A DNA stretch of 64,000 nucleotides, taken from contig OY782391.1 in assembly GCA_963677745.1 (NCBI GenBank), positions 736,001 through 800,000 on the forward strand, in the 5' to 3' direction. Source of the DNA: Candidatus Altimarinota bacterium. GTDB taxonomy: Bacteria > Patescibacteriota > Gracilibacteria > UBA1369. The notes under the pieces were generated by a model. The model was not told where the DNA came from, ran no database searches, and saw nothing but the letters and a program-made list of their open reading frames with translations. A program made the position numbers and the translations under genes. Shown one piece after another: positions 21,301 through 29,171 of the stretch; within the stretch, counting starts at the first letter, position 1, and each line of letters starts with the position of its first letter.

Positions 21301-22565
21301 CGGATCTTTACCCGGCACAACTCGACCGGGACCGGATGAAATTACTGGTGGAATTCGGCAATAAAAAAGTTGGTGCCGTCGTTGCCAAAACCTATCTTTC
21401 CCTTACCGGCAAACAGGTGGAATTGAACGAAGATGAGCAGCTACTGCGTCAGGAGATTGAACGGATCTTGATCGCTAATAATCTGCCTTTGCAAGCAGAG
21501 ACGGTCAAAAAACATTTCCAGGAGGAAATGAAGCCGCTGGCCTTGATCAGCAATGTTTTGTCTGACATCAATAATTTGAAAGTGGAAGAAGAAATCGAGT
21601 CACTGCGTAACCTTTTGCGCCCCGGCAATGAAATTATTTCTATTTTCAAGAGACTGGGAGAAGATTTTCAACCCGCCTCCGGCGCCTTGGCTCTTTCACA
21701 GGACCTGGATTTTTTGGACAACCTGATTGTTAAAAAAGAGGCGGTCTTGCAGGAAAGCGAAAAACGTCTGCTCCAGCAATACATTTCCGGAATCCGGGGC
21801 CAATTGGTCAAACTGGAAGGAATATATCAGCAGCTCAAACTTAAATTTGCCGGCGTCAAAGGAGCGCAGCACGGCAACGAACTGCTCAGGAGCAAACTTC
21901 AGGAAATTGACAGGATTCTCAACACCACGGACAGCGGCCAGGTATCGGTCAGCAGCGTGATGACCAATAACCTCAGCAATATAATCGAGAATATTCGCGA
22001 ATGTTTGTCCTGTGTCAGAAAAGGCATCAACAATGACACCAACTTAACCTTCGGCGACGGCAACAAGTTTTTTCTCTACAGTCATTCGGAACTCCAGAAG
22101 AGGGGCAGTCTGGCCGACCAGATTTTATTTTTGGAACCGGTTAGCTATGGACAGCCCACAGATCCTACAGAACAAGCGGAAACCTCAGACCGGGCCGGGG
22201 AGATAGTCCCAGCTCAGACAGAACTGGCTTTCGTTCTCGATCGTCTGTACGGCAACTGCACGCCGTTTGTTTTGATTAACCACGTCAAGGCGGTTTATAA
22301 AAAATATAAAGTAATAAAAGACAATTTCCCCGGAGCAAAACTTTCAATTTTTGTTTCCGAATCTGCCTTTCGGTCTTCCGGTACAGACTCCGGTCTTCTG
22401 GCGACACAATTATCAAATGCCTTGGGCAAAGAAGTTATCATCACGCCCTCCCAGGCAAAAGTTTACGTTCTTCCCTCCGCTCAGGGCGATCATTACGTGG
22501 AATTTGGCGGCGTGGCCAGGACCTCCGGCGAAAGAACGGTTAGTGGGTTGAAAATATCACTTTAA
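15384..22565 (+). CDS. Giant (~2390 aa) hypothetical protein
   Basis: Uninterrupted 7.2-kb ORF. ATG at 15384 follows a TGcTAAAAT extended -10 element. No signal peptide. Confidence 0.85.
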   Translation: MDGRNLQKALEEKLLAGEIREAENQETGVTELETQRAETPEVQAENDQLNQLLSDTTNKINFTRDHLKIFELLSPGERDQLYLSIAATDSLQVKDIDWEKLFQHPDAHALLKTILAIPGRLSLQSEQDIKMILKLHDEIGPAKLKATWKKLGEPLLERSFVSQIESDRKSFDWSRFYLYLVIGSFEKSTLNQLELLSEAQLKKIELVLKVYGKAELEKQWTPENLEDFEELEQMNGNYQRDREDLLSATQFTENLSPEVIRHLPQETGGGSGTSSRKRPDHTIWHFQGIHGKYDQLIRFQRCLGVLPTERLDRILSVLKPSKYPVREPAENISLGQADNFLQFVQTARLEGRLNLEQLFDNAVSFSPEKYVPIKGFLAFLENQHLSNSITEINFPSFLKMIGESTAQEIEQIKTGTVKYCELGLAKMINWKQNWGDLLKKVSLPESETANQLLKDCVEHHEQYVGKRYSGERNFSLLNRDGSSVLGLYEAISQIEEYFRDDQELMFKIGELGEDKMEIIRLVLNGQYKKNGSKEYDLPVLEGLLVQMPGRLQYVKPILDRAKTLSSEQKRSLFFLSSYFHSFWGHLNQQNLSILETYINSGKARQMEEFLKNFPIKGFGPETIEKMADSGGPATLFAYIDPRKYKPEILTAIIDKLIAFHSAGMDKRLYENPTQNGINPENISLENLLSVDVGKFVRIANFLANYNCTDPLYYLTNLNFDESEEKLMRRIRQASATDYFWNYRETVLDEEDLLVLEKEQLKKQTEIRERISFAGKLFGAKLTGEKIKNLESLAEAVWQRLKSNQKILELFIETSGRISLREEALALSDAMLTEPLVWQYHLLEQIFDDALMESALQMILECKKQGVEDIFREENSPSRIDLRGLTEVAKVWDENREYLQEPGFLKIFEGRGGLLRDFLNIKDSSKNNYLPPALRNNDLEPDMDENQQRKILPWLQHFDVENGWDWKAFIKWIEDKNYQLPPDEILSVLHQYLGERIPYIFAKAIIERCNKGEKPEDICAGLDNGSSKNDEDGIDNYRWRDARNDNYSRQIQAILGNDAEFTSKHLTVGQCEQALKMSRQQLENLWKMGVLKSRGEFKYPQTNWDNAVYIANHPNFDLIASADNDGYLFLPLFREIPVRIHFFCDRIDWDILQKWQDVQAEMKLDLVDSVDFFNYPGHQEIIEFAGHLKEILGKQLQVSAYDLLIMDVQKDLPLLRELKTNCALGLSEDNLKALAVASSGEMQNTIKKVLSILDNTSQIDYGLAAEKIGEMSPGLRYAVLKNKGISAFGPDILRFKDQVRQLLSREEWTKFVRELFAEKHDAFNTEVDFDMASIILTDPSFVFTEENDWYLNKFLDLFRAFNGSEKEWTDLIDLAGDDRLACTFKRDWNSIASGLKKNLRYWRLLKDRNTELFFQHLKESPASLEIEQEYLEKAIGSVSVTGLHLLLEQHEKGLLGLTDVQTDRVLVRYLSIGGQIFRLMETEFNKTSLEKLWIKTVNGWPDFPSREKFLGKTVTTALSTTDFGQITLPAQAEAQMIQAFTSDKLDDPEINRSLGTRLSGFGDTEISAISRVYLKNNINKLQLDYSKSGQLGLQPDNWLAVLMAYIKIAEDLEEGGNFHPPLAETIQEIFKDDQNKDFCLKQLEGLWKEYLSGGSKESIPANLLLLANFVRRAEGAGPLSKIESMLLMVEAYLQAQRGPNTAPRTKEALFAGQKDLGRRFEKERWSEDDRADFQNIFRTITLAAPSLATDFLEMFKKMNLKDIKKFMSELFPLFNVEILMMEKGQGRPGARHDLRSLVGLRKKIREIKSRLQTGSASFDQEKLDLIKDIQQRFQARFGIIKTPQAFGAEQLKALINCSVYLSNLVNPTDQKQCILAFYLALILNGQWESFRRGESVDPGEYMSPPIAARLTEVMEGRQKMLDGLWAHSGIREEDQSKFQELLQTEEAVIEIGNVETVDVKLANLAINMKRLEDPDLYPAQLDRDRMKLLVEFGNKKVGAVVAKTYLSLTGKQVELNEDEQLLRQEIERILIANNLPLQAETVKKHFQEEMKPLALISNVLSDINNLKVEEEIESLRNLLRPGNEIISIFKRLGEDFQPASGALALSQDLDFLDNLIVKKEAVLQESEKRLLQQYISGIRGQLVKLEGIYQQLKLKFAGVKGAQHGNELLRSKLQEIDRILNTTDSGQVSVSSVMTNNLSNIIENIRECLSCVRKGINNDTNLTFGDGNKFFLYSHSELQKRGSLADQILFLEPVSYGQPTDPTEQAETSDRAGEIVPAQTELAFVLDRLYGNCTPFVLINHVKAVYKKYKVIKDNFPGAKLSIFVSESAFRSSGTDSGLLATQLSNALGKEVIITPSQAKVYVLPSAQGDHYVEFGGVARTSGERTVSGLKISL

Positions 22566-22658
22566 AGCGATACAAACTGCCGAAAGTCAGACCGATTTAC
22601 TGTAAAAGGTCTTGTTTCTTTCCAACTGTGCTACACTCCATTTATATAATCACACATT

Positions 22659-23036
22659 ATGCCACTTCCCGATATCCTCAACACCGGTTTTAAGTCAGAC
22701 GAACAAAGACTCAGGGATGTCGATATTCCTGTCGAGGAAATTGCTCTTTCCGACTTGGATAATAACCTGGACATTGCCTACCTTGAACAGGAAGGCACCG
22801 ACGATTGGAACCTCACGCCACGGATGTTATTGGATAGTCTGGCCAAAGAAGTCACTCATGCCAAACAGGTGGAAAAAGTGAATTTCAACTATCCCATTAA
22901 TATCTATTTTCATCAGGGGCAGTGGATTATCCTGGACGGAGTTCATCGCTACGTCAAAGCCCATCTCAAAGGTGCCAGAACCATTAAAGTTCGTCGCATC
23001 AGCGAAAAAAACGCCCAGCAGAACAGGATGAACTGA
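22659..23036 (+). CDS. ParB/sulfiredoxin N-terminal-like domain protein
   Basis: YPINI...WIILDGVHRYVKA motif. Confidence 0.7.
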   Translation: MPLPDILNTGFKSDEQRLRDVDIPVEEIALSDLDNNLDIAYLEQEGTDDWNLTPRMLLDSLAKEVTHAKQVEKVNFNYPINIYFHQGQWIILDGVHRYVKAHLKGARTIKVRRISEKNAQQNRMN

Positions 23037-23057
23037 CCGTAATGTTTCCATGGGTAA

Positions 23058-23315
23058 CTATTCTTTCCCCGGGAAATCGGACAGCGATTCATTCCCTTCT
23101 TCCGTCAGGAAATACAAACGCCGGACCTCCCCGCTGGTGGTAATGTACATCCGGTTTTCTTTCGGTGAGGCGGGTTCAGTGAAAAAATATTTTTTTCCTT
23201 CTTCCTTTTCAAAAAAACTGTTCCAATAACTCTCCGTCCAGCCGCTGTAGGGAGTGGAGTATTTAAAATAAAGTGACTTGAATTCTTCTTTGGTAACTTC
23301 TTTTTCCTGATTCAT
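23058..23315 (-). CDS. Small hypothetical protein
   Basis: 85-aa ORF with native-looking composition. Confidence 0.6.
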   Translation of the reverse strand: MNQEKEVTKEEFKSLYFKYSTPYSGWTESYWNSFFEKEEGKKYFFTEPASPKENRMYITTSGEVRRLYFLTEEGNESLSDFPGKE

Positions 23316-23386
23316 CTCGAATAGATAAAATTACTCAAATTATACGACAATACAAAGACGTCTGGAACAGCTACTGAAAAAGCCGA

Positions 23387-23839
23387 TTATTGTGATAATT
23401 CCTCCGGTGCAGGTTTTCTAAAACCATCTCCCTCCCCGGTGAAGATTTCATAAGGAGGTGAAGCTGTTTTACGCACTATAAGATTTTTGAAAGAGCCCCT
23501 GCCGTAGGGGCTTACAAACAAGGTTTGAACGGCCGCATTAGCACCAAATTCCTTCTTATATTCCATATATGTACCATATCCGGGATTTCTTTCTGTCGGT
23601 TCAATATAAATAACTTTTGTTTTTTCTTCTTCAAAAGGCTGTTCATCGGGAAAAACACATTTGAACTGGTCGAAATTGGAGGAAACATCTTCGCGCGACA
23701 TCACAAATTCTTTCGCCAATGAACATGAGGCAATTTCCAGAGCTGTCTTCCCTTCCACCACTTTGTTATTATCCTGGCCACACCCGTTTAAGATAACGAG
23801 AGCGACCAATCCTACAGTTATGTCCTTGATAATATTCAT
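23387..23839 (-). CDS. Hypothetical lipoprotein
   Basis: Lipobox ILNG-C. Start overlaps the upstream GNAT stop (ATGA). Confidence 0.7.
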   Translation of the reverse strand: MNIIKDITVGLVALVILNGCGQDNNKVVEGKTALEIASCSLAKEFVMSREDVSSNFDQFKCVFPDEQPFEEEKTKVIYIEPTERNPGYGTYMEYKKEFGANAAVQTLFVSPYGRGSFKNLIVRKTASPPYEIFTGEGDGFRKPAPEELSQ

Positions 23840-24348
23840 AATTCAATCCAGTAACGCTGTTGTATCTTGCCCTCAATCACTGGCTCGTTCTCCAGCACGC
23901 CGCCATTGTTGATAATTGTCCTGGCCGATCCGATATTGTCTTTATCGCAAACCAGCAACACCCGCTTCAACCCCAGTTCTCTGGCTTTTTCCAGAGTCAG
24001 TTTGAGCAGCGTTGTGGCATATCCTTTACGCCTTTCGGAGGGTCTGATTCCATAGCCGATATTGCCTCCACTGGCCAGCAGTTTTTCAGTTAATTGATGC
24101 CTGAAATTGGCCACGCCAACCAGCTCGCCGTCGTTGATCAGCCAATAAGTCGAGTGGGGAACCTTGCCTTTCTCCAGACCAATCCCCCGCCCATAATCAT
24201 TTAATTCGCGCACATATTTCTCAAAATCACTGCTGTCCAGGTCGAGCACCCACGGTACCAGATTCTCACCCGTGGCTTTCCATTCGGCCAGCATGTCATA
24301 GAATTCCTGTTTGTAGCGGACATCGGGATCAGACAAAAACATCGTCAT
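23836..24348 (-). CDS. GNAT family N-acetyltransferase
   Basis: GGNIGYGIRPSERRKGYAT, CDKDNIGSARTIINNGG. ATG at 24348 is the likely start. Confidence 0.9.
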   Translation of the reverse strand: MTMFLSDPDVRYKQEFYDMLAEWKATGENLVPWVLDLDSSDFEKYVRELNDYGRGIGLEKGKVPHSTYWLINDGELVGVANFRHQLTEKLLASGGNIGYGIRPSERRKGYATTLLKLTLEKARELGLKRVLLVCDKDNIGSARTIINNGGVLENEPVIEGKIQQRYWIEL

Positions 24349-24437
24349 ACATAGATCGGATAAATCACGATTAAGAGCATAACAAAGAGCTTCGCCAAAT
24401 GCCAGCTGCAAAATTACCTCTATAGGTAACCCGGCAC

Positions 24438-24466
24438 TTGACAAAAAGAGGAAAGGGTATTATAAA
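24438..24466 (+). promoter_or_regulatory. Sigma70-type promoter for the 24574 gene
   Basis: TTGACA-N17-TATAAA. Confidence 0.7.
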
Positions 24467-24573
24467 GACTCCTCTCGTCTGAATTAACTGTGTGCCGCAA
24501 AGGCGCGGCAACGGTTCTGGATGAGTGCTCCTTGTTTTTGGCAAAGCAAACAGAAAGGGAAAGAGCGGGAAAA

Positions 24574-25164
24574 ATGAGAAAGATCATGTGCACGTTGGTC
24601 CCGGCAGTCTTCGTACTGCTCACGGCCCCGGCGGCACGGGCGGATACTACGTCGAAGTGGAGCGGTACAGAAGTTCTGACCAGCGCCCAGACCAATTTCT
24701 CGGTCTTCCGGGCCTCGGCCACGCACTTCTGGATCCCGAAAGCTGACGTCAACATCCTCATCAGCTACTTCGGACCCAAGCTCAAGCTGGGCGACTGGGG
24801 ATGGATCTCTCCGCAGATCGGCGCTGCCGCCAACTGGAAGAACCGGAAGGATTTCTTCGACGCCTCTCTCTGGGCATTCGCGGAACACAAGGGTTTCTCG
24901 ATCTTCCTGGAGGGCGACTACTTGTTCGCGAGGGGTCAGAAGCCCGACATCTACTCCTTCGGTAGCCTGGACTACGGCTGGTCCCGTTACAACGCCGGTA
25001 TTCATTCCGAAGGCGTGAACCAGCACTTCGGGTTCGGCCCGCATCTGGGCATCTCCAAGAATCAGGGCGAATGGAGCTGGCATGGCGAAGTGCAATACTA
25101 CGCCAAACCCGATGGCGACACCGTCGGACACGCCATCCGTATCGTAAACGGATTCACCTTCTAA
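24574..25164 (+). CDS. Secreted beta-strand-rich protein resembling a small outer-membrane beta-barrel
   Basis: Sec signal ending ARA/D, alternating hydrophobic and aromatic strands, C-terminal IRIVNGFTF. TTC/ATC/AAG/TAC codons dominate. Confidence 0.7.
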   Translation: MRKIMCTLVPAVFVLLTAPAARADTTSKWSGTEVLTSAQTNFSVFRASATHFWIPKADVNILISYFGPKLKLGDWGWISPQIGAAANWKNRKDFFDASLWAFAEHKGFSIFLEGDYLFARGQKPDIYSFGSLDYGWSRYNAGIHSEGVNQHFGFGPHLGISKNQGEWSWHGEVQYYAKPDGDTVGHAIRIVNGFTF

Positions 25165-25326
25165 ACCCTTCCCGCCTCTCCCTCCCCCCCTCGGCCAATA
25201 TCTCGGCCAACAGCCAAAAACGAGGACAGCCCCCAATACAACGGGGGCTCTTCGTCGTTTACTCTGATTGTAAGACCAGGGGGGGAAATGGTATAATAAT
25301 AGGAAATCATTTGATAAATAATTTCT

Positions 25327-25785
25327 ATGTCGAATAAACTGACCATGGGCGAGGATAGCGAAACCCCCAAAATTACCAGACAGGAAGTGGTTGACGCTCT
25401 GCGCAAAGGTAAAGCAAGCGGCGAACCCAGTCCTTACGCCGATGGCACGCCTGAGGCCGCAGCGGCTCAGGATCTTCTGGATAAATGGTATAAGCAGGTT
25501 GAAGAGGACTCCAAAGCTGTTGGAACCGAAGTAGCCAAAATTGCAGGAGTAGTGGAAATGAATACCATCCTGATAGAAGCCGGATATAACGACCCGGAAA
25601 TGCTCGGCCAGGCCATAGAATGGCTCTATAACGACCTTTGGCAAGCTCAGGACCTGGGGCCGGAAGGTGAAGATTTATATATTCAAATCGCGGACAAAAT
25701 CATGGAACTGGAAGGCCCTGACGGACAGGAATTGGACGAAGATTCTCAGGACGAATATGACAGAATAAAAGCCTCCCGTAAGTAA
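25327..25785 (+). CDS. Acidic hypothetical protein
   Basis: 152-aa ORF downstream of TGgTATAAT. Confidence 0.7.
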   Translation: MSNKLTMGEDSETPKITRQEVVDALRKGKASGEPSPYADGTPEAAAAQDLLDKWYKQVEEDSKAVGTEVAKIAGVVEMNTILIEAGYNDPEMLGQAIEWLYNDLWQAQDLGPEGEDLYIQIADKIMELEGPDGQELDEDSQDEYDRIKASRK

Positions 25786-25804
25786 TTCATTGAATGATTT
25801 CCAA

Positions 25805-25825
25805 ACATGTCGGAACGGAGGGGAC
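25805..25825 (-). repeat. Degenerate copy of the tRNA-Asp 3' end (att-like scar)
   Basis: acatgtcggaacggaggggac versus acatggcggaagggaggggac at 27525-27545 (19/21). Confidence 0.7.
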
Positions 25826-25927
25826 GATCCTCGAACTTTTTTGAATGGGCAGGTTTAAATGATGCTCATTTAGTAACTATCTGATATAATTAATAGATAA
25901 TTATTTCTTACGTTAAATTTTGGGACA

Positions 25928-26635
25928 ATGTCAAAAACAAAAACGCCTAATCCAATTTTTCTCTTATTGTTTGGACTTATTGGTTTACTTCTTATGGGGC
26001 TCGGAGTTTTTTTCTATTTGCAATCCAGCGAGTTAGTCAGTCAGGGAATATCAGCAGAAGGAACGGTAACGAAAATATTCCATATTGGTTCGCACGACCC
26101 CTCGTATTATGCGAAAATAGAATTCAAAACGGATGATGGTAAAACAATTTCATTTGATTACACTATCAGGAACTCATATTCATTGTCAGTCGGTGAAAAA
26201 GTCCCGGTTCTGTATATGCGGGACAATCCTTCTTTGGCAACCAAGGATTCCTTCAATGGGATATGGATGAAACCAATCGGTTCTTTATTAATTGGTTTTC
26301 TTTTTTCCGCAGCGGGTTTTTGGTCTTTTTACTATCTGCAAAACCAACAGAAACTGAAAGCGGATTTGGCCATAAATGGTAGAAAAATAACAGCACCAGT
26401 TTATGAGGTTTACGCATTGGCTGGCAGCACCAACAAATCTGCAATCTGGGCCCAGTATGAAGAAAATGGCAAAAAATACCTTTACACCAGTGAAGAAATA
26501 AATTTGCCGGTCGAAAATCTGAAGGATTTAAAAACGGTTGAAATCACAGTGGATCCGAACAACCTGAAACGATACGTTTTTGATACGGAAAAGATCGCCC
26601 GGGAACATTCAAAAAACAGCCAATTAAGCCTCTGA
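25928..26635 (+). CDS. DUF3592-like membrane protein
   Basis: TM helix, AEGTV..Y..IEF...VGEKVPVLY..DNPS, second TM helix. AT-rich. Confidence 0.7.
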   Translation: MSKTKTPNPIFLLLFGLIGLLLMGLGVFFYLQSSELVSQGISAEGTVTKIFHIGSHDPSYYAKIEFKTDDGKTISFDYTIRNSYSLSVGEKVPVLYMRDNPSLATKDSFNGIWMKPIGSLLIGFLFSAAGFWSFYYLQNQQKLKADLAINGRKITAPVYEVYALAGSTNKSAIWAQYEENGKKYLYTSEEINLPVENLKDLKTVEITVDPNNLKRYVFDTEKIAREHSKNSQLSL

Positions 26636-26649
26636 AAACCGGTCCCCGA

Positions 26650-26668
26650 ACATGGCGGAACGGAGGGG
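26650..26668 (-). repeat. Second degenerate copy of the tRNA-Asp 3' end
   Basis: acatggcggaacggagggg, 18/19 identical to 27525-27543. Confidence 0.75.
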
Positions 26669-26728
26669 CTCCCCGGAAATCTCACCGGGCATACCAACTC
26701 AGACCAAAGCGGAAAGATCTTGGGAAAA

Positions 26729-27271
26729 TTATTTCAGAGTAGCTTTGATTTTATCTTGAACGGCCGTTGTCAAAGCTCCAGCATTAAGCGATTTCAGAAA
26801 TTCCAGATCAACGTTGTTATTGCTCAAACTTTCCAATACGACACGCACCCGGAAAAGAGCTTCACCATCCAAACCTGATATCTCGACAAGGTCCAGAATC
26901 TTCTTTTGAAGTTCGGTTGATATAATTCCGGCATTTTGGCCTGACTCTAAGCTCTTTTCGTCAACATCAGCCGCAAGGCCGCCCTGATCGGTTATGGGGG
27001 TAATTCCAAGGTCCAGACCGGATATGCCCGAAAGGTCTATTCCGCTCAGGTCCGGATTCCATTGGACTTTACTGGTGGCCCACACTCCCACCATTGAATT
27101 AAATAGCTGTTTTTTTAGGTCAGAATCAATTTCCGCATGGGAAAGTAAAGCTCTGGCAATCTCATTGAGTTCAGGTGAAGTCATTCTGGTAGCGATGACC
27201 ACTGAAACAGCAGCCCTGATAACATCTTCTTTGGTTGTTAACGAATTGCTTGAAGTTAAAGTCTCGGACAT
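26729..27271 (-). CDS. Hypothetical protein
   Basis: 180-aa ORF with an upstream TTGACT..TAATAT promoter-like sequence. Confidence 0.7.
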   Translation of the reverse strand: MSETLTSSNSLTTKEDVIRAAVSVVIATRMTSPELNEIARALLSHAEIDSDLKKQLFNSMVGVWATSKVQWNPDLSGIDLSGISGLDLGITPITDQGGLAADVDEKSLESGQNAGIISTELQKKILDLVEISGLDGEALFRVRVVLESLSNNNVDLEFLKSLNAGALTTAVQDKIKATLK

Positions 27272-27368
27272 GGGTTTTTAAATAAACAATAGAAAACAAT
27301 ATATTACATTGTTTTAAAGGTAGTCAAGAAACGCGGTGTTTAAAAGCCACTCTTCCACCGTCTCCGAA

Positions 27369-27520
27369 GCAAGGCAGATATTCGAAATTATCTCGGAATA
27401 AAATTGGCTGTATCCGAAATGTTGCCGTCAAGAAATTTTGCTTCAGCAAGTAAAATTTTAGGTAACATGAGAAAAATACAGCCCTTTTATGGAGAACATA
27501 ATTGAGAATATTTGCCTTGC
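27369..27520 (+). repeat. ~150-nt imperfect inverted repeat (long hairpin) abutting tRNA-Asp
   Basis: Nested complementary arms 27369-83/27506-20, 27406-13/27476-83, 27419-26/27461-68 and 27433-43/27448-58. Confidence 0.8.
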
Positions 27521-27527
27521 GCAGACA

Positions 27528-27604
27528 TGGCGGAAGGGAGGGGACTCGAACCCCCGACCTCCACAGTGACAGTGTGGCGTTCTAACCAGCTGAACTACCC
27601 CTCC
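27528..27604 (-). tRNA. tRNA-Asp (GTC)
   Basis: GGAGGGGTAGTTCAGCTGGTTAGAACGCCACACT-GTC-ACTGTGGAGGTCGGGGGTTCGAGTCCCCTCCCTTCCGCCA forms a cloverleaf with encoded CCA. Confidence 0.96.
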
Positions 27605-27716
27605 ATGGCCATTGGTCTTGCAGTTCCCATATCAAACCCGCGTCACGAGTGGAATTTCAAGCTAAACTGCGCCGCAAATATAACCAACCATTCCCCTTTT
27701 TGCAAGAAAAAATCCA

Positions 27717-28964
27717 TTATTGTGCTACTGCCACTTTCTTCCTGCCGGCAAAGATGTTGAATATGACTCCCGCCAGGATAATCACAAAACCGGAAATAAT
27801 GATCGAAGATTCCGGCCCGATCGAGGCCGCCACCAGTCCTGACAAAATCGGTGGAATGGCATTGGCCAGCGCAGAAACTGCAGACAGAATGCCCAGTACT
27901 CTCCCCTGCATATCCGCCCCCACCGACCGGCTCACCAGCCCGTTCAGATTGGCCTGCGTCAGTCCATTAAATACAGCGAAAAACGGCACAATCAGATACA
28001 ACTGCCAGGCTGCCACCGGTAAAAAATACATCAACAAAGCCAACCCCGTACCCACCAGGCTCACCCTCAGCACCTGTGCCTCGCGATATTTTCTGCTGAC
28101 CAGCCGGGTTATCACCGCCTGTGTAATTACTATAAAGATGCCCACCACCGCGAAATAATCTCCAATTCCCCCCTGATCAAAACCGAATTTATTGATCAGA
28201 AAAACCCCAAAAAAGGTGGTAAAAAAGGCAAAACCTCCCTGAAATAAAAATCCGCTCAAAAACAGATGCCGGACTTCTTTCATCAGATAGGCCGCCCTGA
28301 TCTGGGACAGGGCTTTGCCCCAGTTGACCTTCAATTCATTACTGGCGTTTTTCAAAGTTTCCGGCAAAAAAAGAAACAGCGCAAAGCAATTGATCAGAGT
28401 AAGTATGGCGGCAAACCAGAACGGAGTGGCCGCGCTGAACCAGGACACCAGCTCCGGATCGGAGAGCTTCCCGCCCAACAGTGGTCCGAAGATAAATCCC
28501 AATCCAAAAGCTGCTCCAATCAATCCAAAGCTCTTGGCCCGGTCCTCCGGCTTGGTAATATCCGCAATGGCGGCCTGCGCTACAGAAATATTGCCTCCGG
28601 TGATACCGTCCAGCGCTCTGGCAAAAAACAGCAACGGCAGGTTTGCGATGAGAATTCCGATGGCAAATAATACATAGCCGACAAACGTGCCGAACAGGCA
28701 GATCAATAAAACTTTCTTTCTACCGAATTTATCGGACATTTGCCCCAGAATCGGCGTGGCAACAAACTGCATCAGCGGATAAATCGCGCTCAAAAATCCC
28801 AATAAAATAAATCCCTGGCTGATGTCCCATCCGGCCGGCAAAAGATAATACGGCGACAGCGGATCACCCAGCAGCAGCGGAATGACCGGTATCAGCATTC
28901 CCACCCCCAGCATATCCAGGAAAATTATTGCGAACACCATCAGCAAAGTTTTGTTCTTAAACAT
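27717..28964 (-). CDS. MFS transporter, TetA/DHA1 family
   Basis: About 12 TM segments, motif A GQMSDKFGRK, ARALDGITGGN, LGGKL, LPET. Confidence 0.92.
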   Translation of the reverse strand: MFKNKTLLMVFAIIFLDMLGVGMLIPVIPLLLGDPLSPYYLLPAGWDISQGFILLGFLSAIYPLMQFVATPILGQMSDKFGRKKVLLICLFGTFVGYVLFAIGILIANLPLLFFARALDGITGGNISVAQAAIADITKPEDRAKSFGLIGAAFGLGFIFGPLLGGKLSDPELVSWFSAATPFWFAAILTLINCFALFLFLPETLKNASNELKVNWGKALSQIRAAYLMKEVRHLFLSGFLFQGGFAFFTTFFGVFLINKFGFDQGGIGDYFAVVGIFIVITQAVITRLVSRKYREAQVLRVSLVGTGLALLMYFLPVAAWQLYLIVPFFAVFNGLTQANLNGLVSRSVGADMQGRVLGILSAVSALANAIPPILSGLVAASIGPESSIIISGFVIILAGVIFNIFAGRKKVAVAQ

Positions 28965-29171
28965 CTCTTATCTTTTTCTTATTAACTATGATTCCCAAAT
29001 ATACCCATACGGTTAGCCCGCAGCAAGTCTAAACAATCATCTATTTTACATTTGGCAAATAAAAATCCCCTCTTTTTCGTAATGACTTTTCATCCGGGGA
29101 ATTTTCTTATATGAGGACTTGGCAAAATTCAATTTAAGCGCTATTTTAAGTCCACCTAACCACCAGGCTAC

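Noticed and set aside
24480-24573. Hammerhead ribozyme or c-di-GMP riboswitch in the beta-barrel gene leader
   Set aside because: CTGGATGAG is not the CUGANGA core, and the GCAAA hairpin lacks the rest of the c-di-GMP-I aptamer.
22659-27271. Prophage or intact integrative element next to tRNA-Asp
   Set aside because: No integrase, transposase, replication or structural genes are present, only short tRNA-end scars.
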